Source: Ferrithrix thermotolerans DSM 19514
GTDB taxonomy: Bacteria > Actinomycetota > Acidimicrobiia > Acidimicrobiales > Ilumatobacteraceae
DNA length: 64,000 nt
Direction: 5' to 3'
NCBI GenBank assembly: GCA_945889085.1
Contig: CAMDBM010000002.1
Span: 9,745-73,744, forward strand
Shown here: positions 39,244 through 47,971 of the stretch, piece after piece
How positions within the stretch are numbered: the stretch's first letter is position 1
Layout: each line of letters starts with the position of its first letter
The notes under the pieces: model-generated
Database searches by the model: none
Seen by the model: only the letters and a program-made list of their open reading frames with translations
What the model was told of the DNA's origin: nothing
Translations under genes and position numbers: made by a program

Positions 39244-40008
39244 GTGTTCGTGACCTTGCTCGTAGTGCTCGGCGTTCTTTCCGGCTCGTATCTCGGCGTT
39301 GTTGCCGACCGTCTGCCCCGTGAGGAGCGCACCAGCACCGGCCGCTCCCATTGTGACGCATGCGGGGCGGCACTCCGGTGGTTCGAGCTCATCCCGATCC
39401 TGTCGTGGCTGGTGCAGCGGGGTCGCTGCCGTCGGTGCGGGGCGTCCATCACGTGGGCGCCGCTCCTCATGGAGATCCTGACGGGCACCCTGTTCGGGGC
39501 AATGGGGGCGCGGTTCGGTTTCCACCTCGAGACCGCTGCCTTCGTGGTGCTGGTGGGCGTGCTGATGCCGCTCGGCCTGATTGACCTGCGGACCAAGCGT
39601 CTTCCCCGTCAATTGATCTACGTGGCCGGCGCGCTCGGAGCGCCACTGCTCGTTGTTGCGGCGCTGATCGCGGACGAACCACAACGGATCTGGTGGGCGG
39701 CGGTCGGTGGCGGTGGGGCCCTTGCGTTCTTCCTCGCGCTCTATCTCGGTTGGAGCGGCGGTATGGGTGACGGCGATGTTCGTCTCGCCGGACTGCTCGG
39801 CATGTACCTCGGGTGGATCGGGCTCTCGCACGTGCCGATCGGTCTGTTCCTCGGCTTCCTGCTGGGCGCCGTCGTCGGGGTGGCGTTGATCGCCCGCAAT
39901 GGCGGTGATCGCAAGACGGCCATCCCGTTCGGTCCGTTCATGGCGATGGGCGCCGTGGTCACGGTTCTCTGGGGCCGGAACATCGTGCATCTCTGGCTGG
40001 GGCACTGA
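39244..40008 (+). CDS. pilD: prepilin peptidase (A24 family)
   Basis: CDAC...CRRC zinc-binding pairs, catalytic Asp motifs GMGDGDVRLAG and IPFGPFMAMG. Polytopic. Confidence 0.9.
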   Translation: MFVTLLVVLGVLSGSYLGVVADRLPREERTSTGRSHCDACGAALRWFELIPILSWLVQRGRCRRCGASITWAPLLMEILTGTLFGAMGARFGFHLETAAFVVLVGVLMPLGLIDLRTKRLPRQLIYVAGALGAPLLVVAALIADEPQRIWWAAVGGGGALAFFLALYLGWSGGMGDGDVRLAGLLGMYLGWIGLSHVPIGLFLGFLLGAVVGVALIARNGGDRKTAIPFGPFMAMGAVVTVLWGRNIVHLWLGH

Positions 40009-40040
40009 GTACGGACGCTCCGGAGTGACCGCTGACGCGG

Positions 40041-42071
40041 TCATTGCACTTCCCAGGTGTTCACGGCGTACGCGCCGTTCTGGTTCACCTGCACGATGGC
40101 GATCGAGGACTCTCGCCCGCTCGAGCGTGACTCGATCCGGAACACCCGTTGGACGACGGCTTCGACAAAGCCGATGGGAACGGTTTGCAGGCCGGTTGCC
40201 CGGGCATCGGTCACGTCGAACTGGGCAGCGAGCACCCCACTGGTCATGCGCACATCCAGCCCGAAAGGGTTGTTCACCCGAAGCCGACCCTGGGGGATGC
40301 TCACATAACCCGGAATGAGGATGCTCGACGATGACGAGTTCGCGAGATCGATCTCGACGACAGCGGTTGGCTGGTACAGCGCGCCGACGACAGGGGGAGT
40401 GCTCGGGATCGTTGATGCCCCGGCCGTTGGGGTCACCGCGGTGCTTGCTGCTGAGGCCACCGAATCACCGGCGGCGTTCGTGGCGACCACCGTGAACGTG
40501 TACGCCGTCCCATTCGTCAGGCCGACGAAGTCGCACTGCAGCGTAGGAGGGGGTGAGGTGGACGCCGACAGGGTGCACGCGAGGCCTTCCGGCGACGAGG
40601 TGACGCGGTAGGACGTCACCGGAGCGGTCGTTGTGGCTGCAGCGGTCCAGGACACGCGGGCTGCCCCGGAGTAGGCAACAGCGGTCGGCGTGGCAGGCGC
40701 AGTCGGAACGGCCAGCGCGGTGCTCGATACTGCCGGGGTGATGGCCGACGAGGCCGACGAGGCTGACGAGTCACCGACCACGTTGCTGGCGACGACCGAG
40801 AAGGTGACGGCCGAACCGTTCGCGAGGCCGGTGACAGCGCACGCCGTGGACCCAGAGGTGGTGCAGGTTGCTCCCGATGACGAGGTGACGCGGTATCCGG
40901 TGATCGAACTGCCGCCCGACGAGGGTGCGGACCACGACACGACCGCCGCGCCGTTGTAGGCCGTGGCGACGACGCCTGTGGGCTTGCTGGGGACTGAGGG
41001 CTTGGCGTGAAAGTTCGATGGCGTGTAATCCGCGCTGGTGGCGCTCACCGGGTCGACGTTGCCGACCAGCGAATAGGGGATACTCAACGCTCCGCTCCCG
41101 CTCCACGTGAGATCCTGGGCTGACTGCGACGGGGTGCCGTTCACGGACGCGATACTCAGTCCGGCCGAGGTGTCCGTGTCAGCCTCGGCGGCGCTCACGT
41201 ACCGTGAGTTGAGCACGAGGGAGGGTCCGAGTGAGGCCGTATTCGTCACCAGCAGGCGGCCGTTCTTGCCGAAGATCAGGGTGCCGCCCAGGCCGCTGAT
41301 GTTGTGCGTGACCGGGGCGTCGACTGCGTAGAACGCAGCATCCTGATCGGTCGAGCATCCCTCCGTGGCCCCGAGGCCGACGACAACCGACGCTCCGTTC
41401 TGAACTGTCAGCGTGTTCTCGAAGTAGTAGATGCCCGACGCGAAGTAAGTCGGTCCGATGAGGGTGACGGCGTCGGTGTAGGTGCCCGGGAAGTACACCG
41501 TGCAGGTGGTGAAGCCCGCCGGCATCTGGAAGCCACCGGGGGATCGCCGGTCGAGGGAGTGGATCGGCAGGTTGGGCAGCCAGATGCGGTTGGTCTCGGA
41601 GAACTGGGTGGTTGCGGTTCTCCACTCCGAAGCCGACTCGGGGTTGGCCGGCGAGTAGCGCGCCCCGGTCAGAGCGCTCGGGATCGCCGACCCGACCTGG
41701 GTGGCGACGAGGCCGTAGCGCAGTTCGTTCGAGTCCTGTGCAGTCTGGTAATCGAGGAAGTAGCAGCGCGTGGTCACGCTCTTGCCGCTGGTCGTGGTGC
41801 CCGCAAGCGTCACCGCCACTGTTGGTCCGGCGTTGCCGCACGTGCGATACAGCGCTGCCGGATCGGCGAGGGCAATCCGCGTTCCTGCCTTGACCGCCTC
41901 GAGGCGGGCGGTCTTCGCGCTCAGCACGGAGTTCGACCGCAGGACGGTCTGTTGGTAGGAAAGAAGTGGGATGATCACCAGCGACACCACGATGGTGAAG
42001 ATCATGACGAGGAGGAGTACCGAACCTTCGTCCTCGTTCGGTCGCTTCCGGCGCCGGGGGGAGGACACCAT
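40041..42071 (-). CDS. large pilus-associated protein with a PilX_N-like hydrophobic N-terminus and two FN3-like repeats
   Basis: The start ATG overlaps the upstream stop (TGATG). N-terminus DEGSVLLLVMIFTIVVSLVII. There are two tandem ~90-aa repeats of the form VSW...Y.V.S....C.....C...GL.NG.A.TF.V.A.N..GDS (nt 40428..40991). Confidence 0.6.
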   Translation of the reverse strand: MVSSPRRRKRPNEDEGSVLLLVMIFTIVVSLVIIPLLSYQQTVLRSNSVLSAKTARLEAVKAGTRIALADPAALYRTCGNAGPTVAVTLAGTTTSGKSVTTRCYFLDYQTAQDSNELRYGLVATQVGSAIPSALTGARYSPANPESASEWRTATTQFSETNRIWLPNLPIHSLDRRSPGGFQMPAGFTTCTVYFPGTYTDAVTLIGPTYFASGIYYFENTLTVQNGASVVVGLGATEGCSTDQDAAFYAVDAPVTHNISGLGGTLIFGKNGRLLVTNTASLGPSLVLNSRYVSAAEADTDTSAGLSIASVNGTPSQSAQDLTWSGSGALSIPYSLVGNVDPVSATSADYTPSNFHAKPSVPSKPTGVVATAYNGAAVVSWSAPSSGGSSITGYRVTSSSGATCTTSGSTACAVTGLANGSAVTFSVVASNVVGDSSASSASSAITPAVSSTALAVPTAPATPTAVAYSGAARVSWTAAATTTAPVTSYRVTSSPEGLACTLSASTSPPPTLQCDFVGLTNGTAYTFTVVATNAAGDSVASAASTAVTPTAGASTIPSTPPVVGALYQPTAVVEIDLANSSSSSILIPGYVSIPQGRLRVNNPFGLDVRMTSGVLAAQFDVTDARATGLQTVPIGFVEAVVQRVFRIESRSSGRESSIAIVQVNQNGAYAVNTWEVQ

Positions 42072-44473
42072 CAGTCCCGTCTCACCGTCAGCGTGCACGA
42101 GATAGCGGCGTTCGCAGGCACACGGACCCGGATGCCTGTCCACTGACTCTGCCCCGCAATAGCGATCGAGGTATAAGACAGCGCAGTGATCCCCGCCTTG
42201 CAGGCCCACGAAACGGGCTCGTAGCCGTTCAGATCCGAGTAGTTCTGCGGGATGATGTCGACATCGACGTACTGCCCGTTGGGGATCGTGAAGTCGAAGG
42301 TGCCGGTCGTGAACTGTTGGTTCGTGGTGACGACGCGTGGTTCTACGTTCAGCGCTGCACCACTGGAGTCGGTAACGGTGGAGTTCTCGTAGCGGAACGG
42401 GTCGGCGACGGCCGCGGAGCCGACTTTGGTCTGGAGCGTGAGCGTGCCGCCGCACACGCCGAGCGACACCGCCTGCATCGCCGTGGCGAACTGGGACCAC
42501 TGGGGCAGGACGTACATGTCCGCAAGCTGGGTGTTGGTGTAGGAGGTTCCGTCGAATGCGGCAGGCGTGCCGTAGTCGTTCCCGGCGATGAGCCTCGCGA
42601 GGATGACGCTGTTCGCAGTGGTCGCGGTGACCGCCGGGTCGTACGCCTCGTACGGCGGGCTGTTGTACACCTTGGTGGAGCGGTACTCGGTGGTCGCCCC
42701 CGAGGAGCGTGAGCCCGTCCACATCTCCCAGTCCGGCCCTGCCGCATAGGTCTTGGTGACCGCCCGGTAGGTGGAATTGCCTGAATTCGCCTGATACTCA
42801 ACGGTCGATACCGGGCTGGTGGTGACGACCACCTTCGCCCCGTCCGTAGTGCTCGTATTGATCGGGTTCTCGACGGTGAGGTACTCGGCCTGCGTCACGT
42901 TCGTCCAGCCGAGGTCCCGGCGGCGGTTTGTCGCTGTCGTTGCATAGGTGTTGTAGTTCACCCAGGACCAGAACTGGGTGGTGGTGTTCCGCGCCTGGTA
43001 GCGGAGTTGGTACGACGTGATGTCCCGCACGTACGAGTACGAGCCCCGCTCCCACTGGGTGCGGTAGCCGGCACCCGGGTCCACGATCCAGTTGGAGGAC
43101 CCGGAGATGCCGGTGCCGACACCGACCCCGATGATGCGCGCACTGGTGCGGAACTCGTCTGCCAGGAATCGTGCACGGTCGAATGCGACCTGGTTGTAGG
43201 CGCTGCCGTTCGCTGTCGGCCACGGAGCACCCAGCGCGGCCGGGTCGGTGGGCAGCACACCCGGCGACGTGCGCCGCACGAGACGGTCGAAGGTGGGCAC
43301 GCCGTCGGTAAAGAACACGATGGTCTTGGGCACCAGACCGGTCGTGGTGGCATCGGACTGGCGCAGGGTCCGGAACAGCGCCTCCTCCCAGTTCGTGCCG
43401 CCGTTGGGACTGGATGACCACGTGCCCTGCAGAGTGTCGATCGCGGTCAGCAGGGTAGAAACCTCGCTGTCCTTGGTCATGTCCCAGTACTTCTGCCAAG
43501 ACGTCGTGCCGAGCACGTGCGAGTAGGTGTGGAATCCGATGATCTGGATCTTCACCGGCGTGCCCACGAGCGTCTGCACAAACTGCTTGACGCCGGCACG
43601 AACCTGGGTGATTGACGTTCCGATCGAGTTGGACTCGTCGACGATCACTGTGATGTTGCCGCCGCAACGACTGCGCACGTCGGCAAAGGACGGGGCGCCC
43701 TGAAGACTTTTCGAGTCGATATTCGAACGGACGGCGCCACCTGCGGTGATGCTGATCTGGTTGATACCGCCGCCCGGGCCGGCCGCGCTGCCGCCGCCGT
43801 TGATCGTGACAACGACGCGGTTCGAGTTCTTCAGGTCGGCGACGGTTGCGACCTGGGTTTCGTTAATTGCATCCGCTGCGAGTGGCTGGCTCACCGTGAT
43901 GACCCAGTCCGGGTTCGTGCAGTTCAGGGTGCTGCCCACCGACGAACAGCCCGAGCCATTCGCCACACCCGCCACGAACGTTTCTCCACCCGGCGGCCTG
44001 GGCAGGTTGCGGAGCACGGTAGTGGTCTCGCAGTTCCAGGCCCCTGCGTCGATGGTGCTGCACTTCACACGCCGAAGGGAGTACGTGCCGTCCGCGGCGG
44101 GGAAAAAGTTGTACGACACCTTGGTGATCGCCGTACCAGTCGCCCCCCTGGTACTCCATGAGAGCATGATCACGTTCGAGCCCTCGGCGAGGTTCACCCC
44201 ATCGCACACGGTCGAGCCGCACGGTGTCGACTCCGGCTTGGTATCCACCGACTCGGCCGACGACAGGTCAGCAGGCAGCCACAGGCTCACGTTCTGCTCG
44301 GAACGGGCAACCTCGGTTCGGCCTTGGGTGTTGCCGATCTGTCGGAAGACGATGATCACAGCAGCCGCAACAACCGAGCCAACGATCCCCAGCACGGCAA
44401 CGGAGACGAGCAACTCCACCAGCGTCATGCCCCTGTCCGGGTTCCTGCCACTATTCAGTCGACGTCTAGACAT
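42071..44473 (-). CDS. modular type IV pilin: prepilin N-terminus fused to a vWA (MIDAS) domain and a large C-terminal region
   Basis: DRG|MTLVELLVSVAVLGIV (E5). The MIDAS triad is VDESNS, a conserved T in GGTNWEEAL, and FFTDG (about nt 43093..43660). 800 aa. Confidence 0.75.
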   Translation of the reverse strand: MSRRRLNSGRNPDRGMTLVELLVSVAVLGIVGSVVAAAVIIVFRQIGNTQGRTEVARSEQNVSLWLPADLSSAESVDTKPESTPCGSTVCDGVNLAEGSNVIMLSWSTRGATGTAITKVSYNFFPAADGTYSLRRVKCSTIDAGAWNCETTTVLRNLPRPPGGETFVAGVANGSGCSSVGSTLNCTNPDWVITVSQPLAADAINETQVATVADLKNSNRVVVTINGGGSAAGPGGGINQISITAGGAVRSNIDSKSLQGAPSFADVRSRCGGNITVIVDESNSIGTSITQVRAGVKQFVQTLVGTPVKIQIIGFHTYSHVLGTTSWQKYWDMTKDSEVSTLLTAIDTLQGTWSSSPNGGTNWEEALFRTLRQSDATTTGLVPKTIVFFTDGVPTFDRLVRRTSPGVLPTDPAALGAPWPTANGSAYNQVAFDRARFLADEFRTSARIIGVGVGTGISGSSNWIVDPGAGYRTQWERGSYSYVRDITSYQLRYQARNTTTQFWSWVNYNTYATTATNRRRDLGWTNVTQAEYLTVENPINTSTTDGAKVVVTTSPVSTVEYQANSGNSTYRAVTKTYAAGPDWEMWTGSRSSGATTEYRSTKVYNSPPYEAYDPAVTATTANSVILARLIAGNDYGTPAAFDGTSYTNTQLADMYVLPQWSQFATAMQAVSLGVCGGTLTLQTKVGSAAVADPFRYENSTVTDSSGAALNVEPRVVTTNQQFTTGTFDFTIPNGQYVDVDIIPQNYSDLNGYEPVSWACKAGITALSYTSIAIAGQSQWTGIRVRVPANAAISCTLTVRRD

Positions 44474-44921
44474 CGCTCTTCACCACCTGGATGCTTCGCT
44501 GTACCCGGCCGTCCGGGCTTCTTACGGTGACACTGACGCGTTGCACGAGGAGGTCGGCGAGCGCCCCAGCGGGGCAGGCGGGCGAACTTGTTGGTCCGGC
44601 GGTCCAGGTGCCGGGCGACGTCGGGTCGATCGCCGGTTGGTAGTACTCCTGGGCGACCGTGGCCGCGGAGGCTGCCCAGCCCTCGGTCTGCACGGCGGCC
44701 TGCGCATACGCGCTGTAGTCGCAGGATTTCGGTGCACGGTTGACGCGGTCGGCGGCGTTCACGATGACGGTCTCGACCCGCGCACCCGATCGGGTGACGG
44801 CCGAAGTTGTCACCGAGGTGATGACCGCCGTGAGCACGGCGATGATCACGATGCCCATGAGCATGATCACGATCACGACCTCGACGAGCGAGAAGCCCTC
44901 GTCGAGCTGTCGGGGCCTCAT
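44466..44921 (-). CDS. minor pilin (prepilin-type N-terminal cleavage/methylation domain)
   Basis: GGAGGAG RBS, DEG|FSLVEVVIVIMLMGIV (E5), 151 aa. ATGA overlap with pilC. Confidence 0.75.
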   Translation of the reverse strand: MRPRQLDEGFSLVEVVIVIMLMGIVIIAVLTAVITSVTTSAVTRSGARVETVIVNAADRVNRAPKSCDYSAYAQAAVQTEGWAASAATVAQEYYQPAIDPTSPGTWTAGPTSSPACPAGALADLLVQRVSVTVRSPDGRVQRSIQVVKSDV

Positions 44922-46135
44922 CCTGTCTCCTCCGCCTTGAACCCGTTGAGGACGCCGTACATGGCAGAGACGAGGGCGATAGCAACGAAACCGACCGCCG
45001 CACCGACCATCAGGATGGTGAACGGCTCGAACATCGAGGTAAAGCGACGGATCTTCACCTCGAGTTCGCGGTTGAAGTACTCCGACGCAGAGGCCAACTG
45101 GTCGTCGAGGGTTCCGGTCTCCTCGCCGACCTTCATCATCTGGCGGGCAGCGCCGGGGAACAGGCCGGTCTCGATGAGGGGGCGGGCGAGCCCGGCCCCG
45201 CTCACCATTGCCTGGCGCGAGATCTCGAGTTTTTCCTGGAAAATGAGGTTCCCGGTGGACTTGGTGGTGACCTCCATGGCCTCGGGCAGCGAGACACCGG
45301 CCTTGGTCATTGTGGACAGGATGAGGCAGAAGCGCTCGAGGATCGAGTACTGGATGATCTCGCCGAGCACGGGGAGTTTCAGGATCATCTTGTCCTTGGC
45401 CCGCCTACCGGCCGGGGTCATCGCCATCCAGATGAGCATCAGCACGAACATGAACACGAACCCGACCGGGATATAGAAGAAGTCGGTGAGGAACCCGGTC
45501 ATCCCCAGGAGCAGTTTGGTGGGGAGCGGGAGGTCCGAGCCGAGTTCGTCGAACAGCGCCTTGAACTGGGGGAGCACCACCACGGCGAGGATCCCGATCG
45601 TGATGATCGCGAGGCCGAAGACGACCGCCGGATAGACGAGGGCGGCGATCACCTTGGAACGGGCAGTGATCTCCCGGTCGAGGTACGAGGTGAGCTGGTC
45701 GATGGTCTCGTCGAGGTTGCCCGTGAGCTCGGCAGACTTCAGCACACCGAGGTAGTACTTCGGGAACGCCTCGGGGTGCATGGCAGCGGCATCTGCGAAC
45801 GTGGAGCCCCCGCGCAGCTTGTCCGCAAGGTCGGCGAGCACGCGGCGCAGCACCTTGTCGTGGGCCTCATCGGCGATCGTCTCGAGGGAGTCGATGATGG
45901 GGATGCCGGCCCGCAGGAACACGGCGAGCTGACGAGAGAAGTGCATGAGCTCACGCTTTTTCAGCTTCTCGCTGGTGAGTTCGAGGTTCAGCCGGCTCTT
46001 GGGCTCGCCAATCTTGATCGGGAACAGTGATTTGTCCTGCAGCCACGAACGGACGTCGCCGATGGTGTCGCGCTTGAGCGAACCCTTAACGGTATTACCG
46101 GTGGCGTCGACGGCGACGTAGTGGAACTTCGGCAT
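44918..46135 (-). CDS. pilC: type IV pilus platform protein PilC (GspF family)
   Basis: Two T2SSF repeats, three TM segments, and N-terminus MPKFHYVAVDATGNTVKG. Confidence 0.9.
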   Translation of the reverse strand: MPKFHYVAVDATGNTVKGSLKRDTIGDVRSWLQDKSLFPIKIGEPKSRLNLELTSEKLKKRELMHFSRQLAVFLRAGIPIIDSLETIADEAHDKVLRRVLADLADKLRGGSTFADAAAMHPEAFPKYYLGVLKSAELTGNLDETIDQLTSYLDREITARSKVIAALVYPAVVFGLAIITIGILAVVVLPQFKALFDELGSDLPLPTKLLLGMTGFLTDFFYIPVGFVFMFVLMLIWMAMTPAGRRAKDKMILKLPVLGEIIQYSILERFCLILSTMTKAGVSLPEAMEVTTKSTGNLIFQEKLEISRQAMVSGAGLARPLIETGLFPGAARQMMKVGEETGTLDDQLASASEYFNRELEVKIRRFTSMFEPFTILMVGAAVGFVAIALVSAMYGVLNGFKAEETG

Positions 46136-46143
46136 GGACTACC

Positions 46144-47886
46144 TCAGCCTGCGTAGAGCGTTCGGACGACTTCGCCGATGGTGCTCACGTCGTTCTCCAC
46201 CAGCGTGAGTGCCTCGTCCACGAGGGTCCGCATGCCCTGGGACACCGCAAGGCGACGCAGTTCCTCCTGCGTGGCCCAACCAACGATCAGCCGTCGCAGT
46301 TCGGGCGTGACGCGCAGCAGTTCGTACACGCCGATGCGGTCGCGGTAGCCGGTGCCGGCGCAGAAGGTGCAGCCCGCCCCGTGCCAGAACTGGCTCTTCG
46401 GGTTGCGGCCCTCACGGTTCCACACAGCGATCTCCTCGGGCCCGGGCTCGTAGGGCTCCTTGCAGGCGTCGCAGATACGACGGAGGAGACGCTGGCCGAT
46501 GACGGCAACGACGGAGGACGCGATGAGGAACGACTCGATGCCCATGTCGAGCATGCGGTGGAGCGCCGCCACCGAGTCCGTGCCGTGGAGCGAGGAGAGC
46601 ACGAGGTGGCCGGTGAGCGCAGACTGCACGGCGATGCGGGCGGTGTCTGCGTCGCGAACCTCTCCCACGAGGATCACGTCCGGGTCCTGGCGCAGGATTG
46701 CCTTGAGGCCCTGCGCAAAGGTGAGCCCGGCCTGCTCGTTGGTCTGGATCTGGTTGATGCCGGGGAACACGTACTCCACCGGGTCCTCGATCGTCATCAC
46801 GTTCTTGCCGCCGTCGTTGATGGCACGCAGCGTGGCGTAGAGCGTCGTGGTCTTTCCGGCACCCGTGGGCCCGGCGCAGATGACCATGCCGAATGGCGCA
46901 TGGATGAGCTTGGACCACTCCTCGTAGGTGGCGCCCGGCATGCCGAGTTGCCTCAACTCCAGCGCAGCGCGGCTCTTGTCGAGCAGTCGCATGACGACCT
47001 TCTCGCCGAACACGGTTGCCAGCGACGACACGCGGACGTCCATGTCCCTGCCGTCGACCGTCATCGAGAACTGCCCGTCCTGGGGCCTGCGACGTTCCAC
47101 GATGTTCATGCCACCGAGGATCTTGTACCTGCTCACGAGGGCAGCGTGTGCCGACAGCGGGAGCGTGAAGGTATCGACCATGTTGCCGTCGATGCGGAAT
47201 CGGATGCGGATGTGGTCGTTCATCGGCTCGACGTGTACGTCCGATGCGCGGTCGCGCAGGCCCTGGGCGATGATCCGGTTTGCGATCTGGACGACGGGGG
47301 CGTCTTCGTCGTCGCTCTGCTGCGATGCGGCGAGCAGGGCCTGGGTGGAGTCGCTGGCTTCGAAGGCTCTGCTGAGGGCGTCGATCTCGGCGTCGGCCCG
47401 GTACATCCGGTCGAGCGTGTTGGAGATGTCCTGCTCCATCGCCACCTTGAACACGACGGTCCCGGTGAACTTCGCGGCGACTGCTGCGCGCGCTGTCTGG
47501 CACGGGTCTGCGATCGCCACGTGGGCGCCGTTCGCGTCAGCCGTGAGTGGCAGGCACTTCAGCAGGCGACAGGTGCGCTCGTCGAGAAGCGAGACGGCGT
47601 CCTCGTTGGGAGTGGTCTGGCGCAGGTCCAGCATCTCGAGGCCGTGGAAGCCGGCCCAGACACTGACCATGTTGGAACGGTTGGCCCCGCGACGCTCGGT
47701 CTTGAAGAGCAGGGCGATCAACTCGGACTCCGACTGCGGTTCGGCACCCTTGGCGATGGCGAGGTCGGCCGGCGACACGGCCTCGGCGGCCACGAGAGCC
47801 TGAGCAAGTTCGTCAACCTGACCGTCGCGGGGACGAATTGCTTCGACCGCCGTCGCAGCCGTCTGTGAGCGCCCGCGAAATGCCAT
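46144..47886 (-). CDS. pilB: type IV pilus assembly ATPase PilB (GspE family)
   Basis: T2SSE_N domain, Walker A GPTGAGKTTT, Walker B ILVGEVRD, and tetracysteine CDAC...CTFC. Confidence 0.9.
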   Translation of the reverse strand: MAFRGRSQTAATAVEAIRPRDGQVDELAQALVAAEAVSPADLAIAKGAEPQSESELIALLFKTERRGANRSNMVSVWAGFHGLEMLDLRQTTPNEDAVSLLDERTCRLLKCLPLTADANGAHVAIADPCQTARAAVAAKFTGTVVFKVAMEQDISNTLDRMYRADAEIDALSRAFEASDSTQALLAASQQSDDEDAPVVQIANRIIAQGLRDRASDVHVEPMNDHIRIRFRIDGNMVDTFTLPLSAHAALVSRYKILGGMNIVERRRPQDGQFSMTVDGRDMDVRVSSLATVFGEKVVMRLLDKSRAALELRQLGMPGATYEEWSKLIHAPFGMVICAGPTGAGKTTTLYATLRAINDGGKNVMTIEDPVEYVFPGINQIQTNEQAGLTFAQGLKAILRQDPDVILVGEVRDADTARIAVQSALTGHLVLSSLHGTDSVAALHRMLDMGIESFLIASSVVAVIGQRLLRRICDACKEPYEPGPEEIAVWNREGRNPKSQFWHGAGCTFCAGTGYRDRIGVYELLRVTPELRRLIVGWATQEELRRLAVSQGMRTLVDEALTLVENDVSTIGEVVRTLYAG

Positions 47887-47971
47887 GACTGGTTCGCCCC
47901 TTTCTCAAGTCCCGACCAACTCTCACTCTGCCATGAGAACGTCGGAAATACAACGATAAGTATTGACGTAC

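Noticed and set aside
42072-42722. N-terminal 217-aa extension of track ORF 40041..42722
   Set aside because: The extension overlaps the 3' part of the vWA-pilin gene in another frame and is Arg/His-rich junk. A coupled ATG at 42071, followed by a basic and hydrophobic N-terminus, is the credible start.
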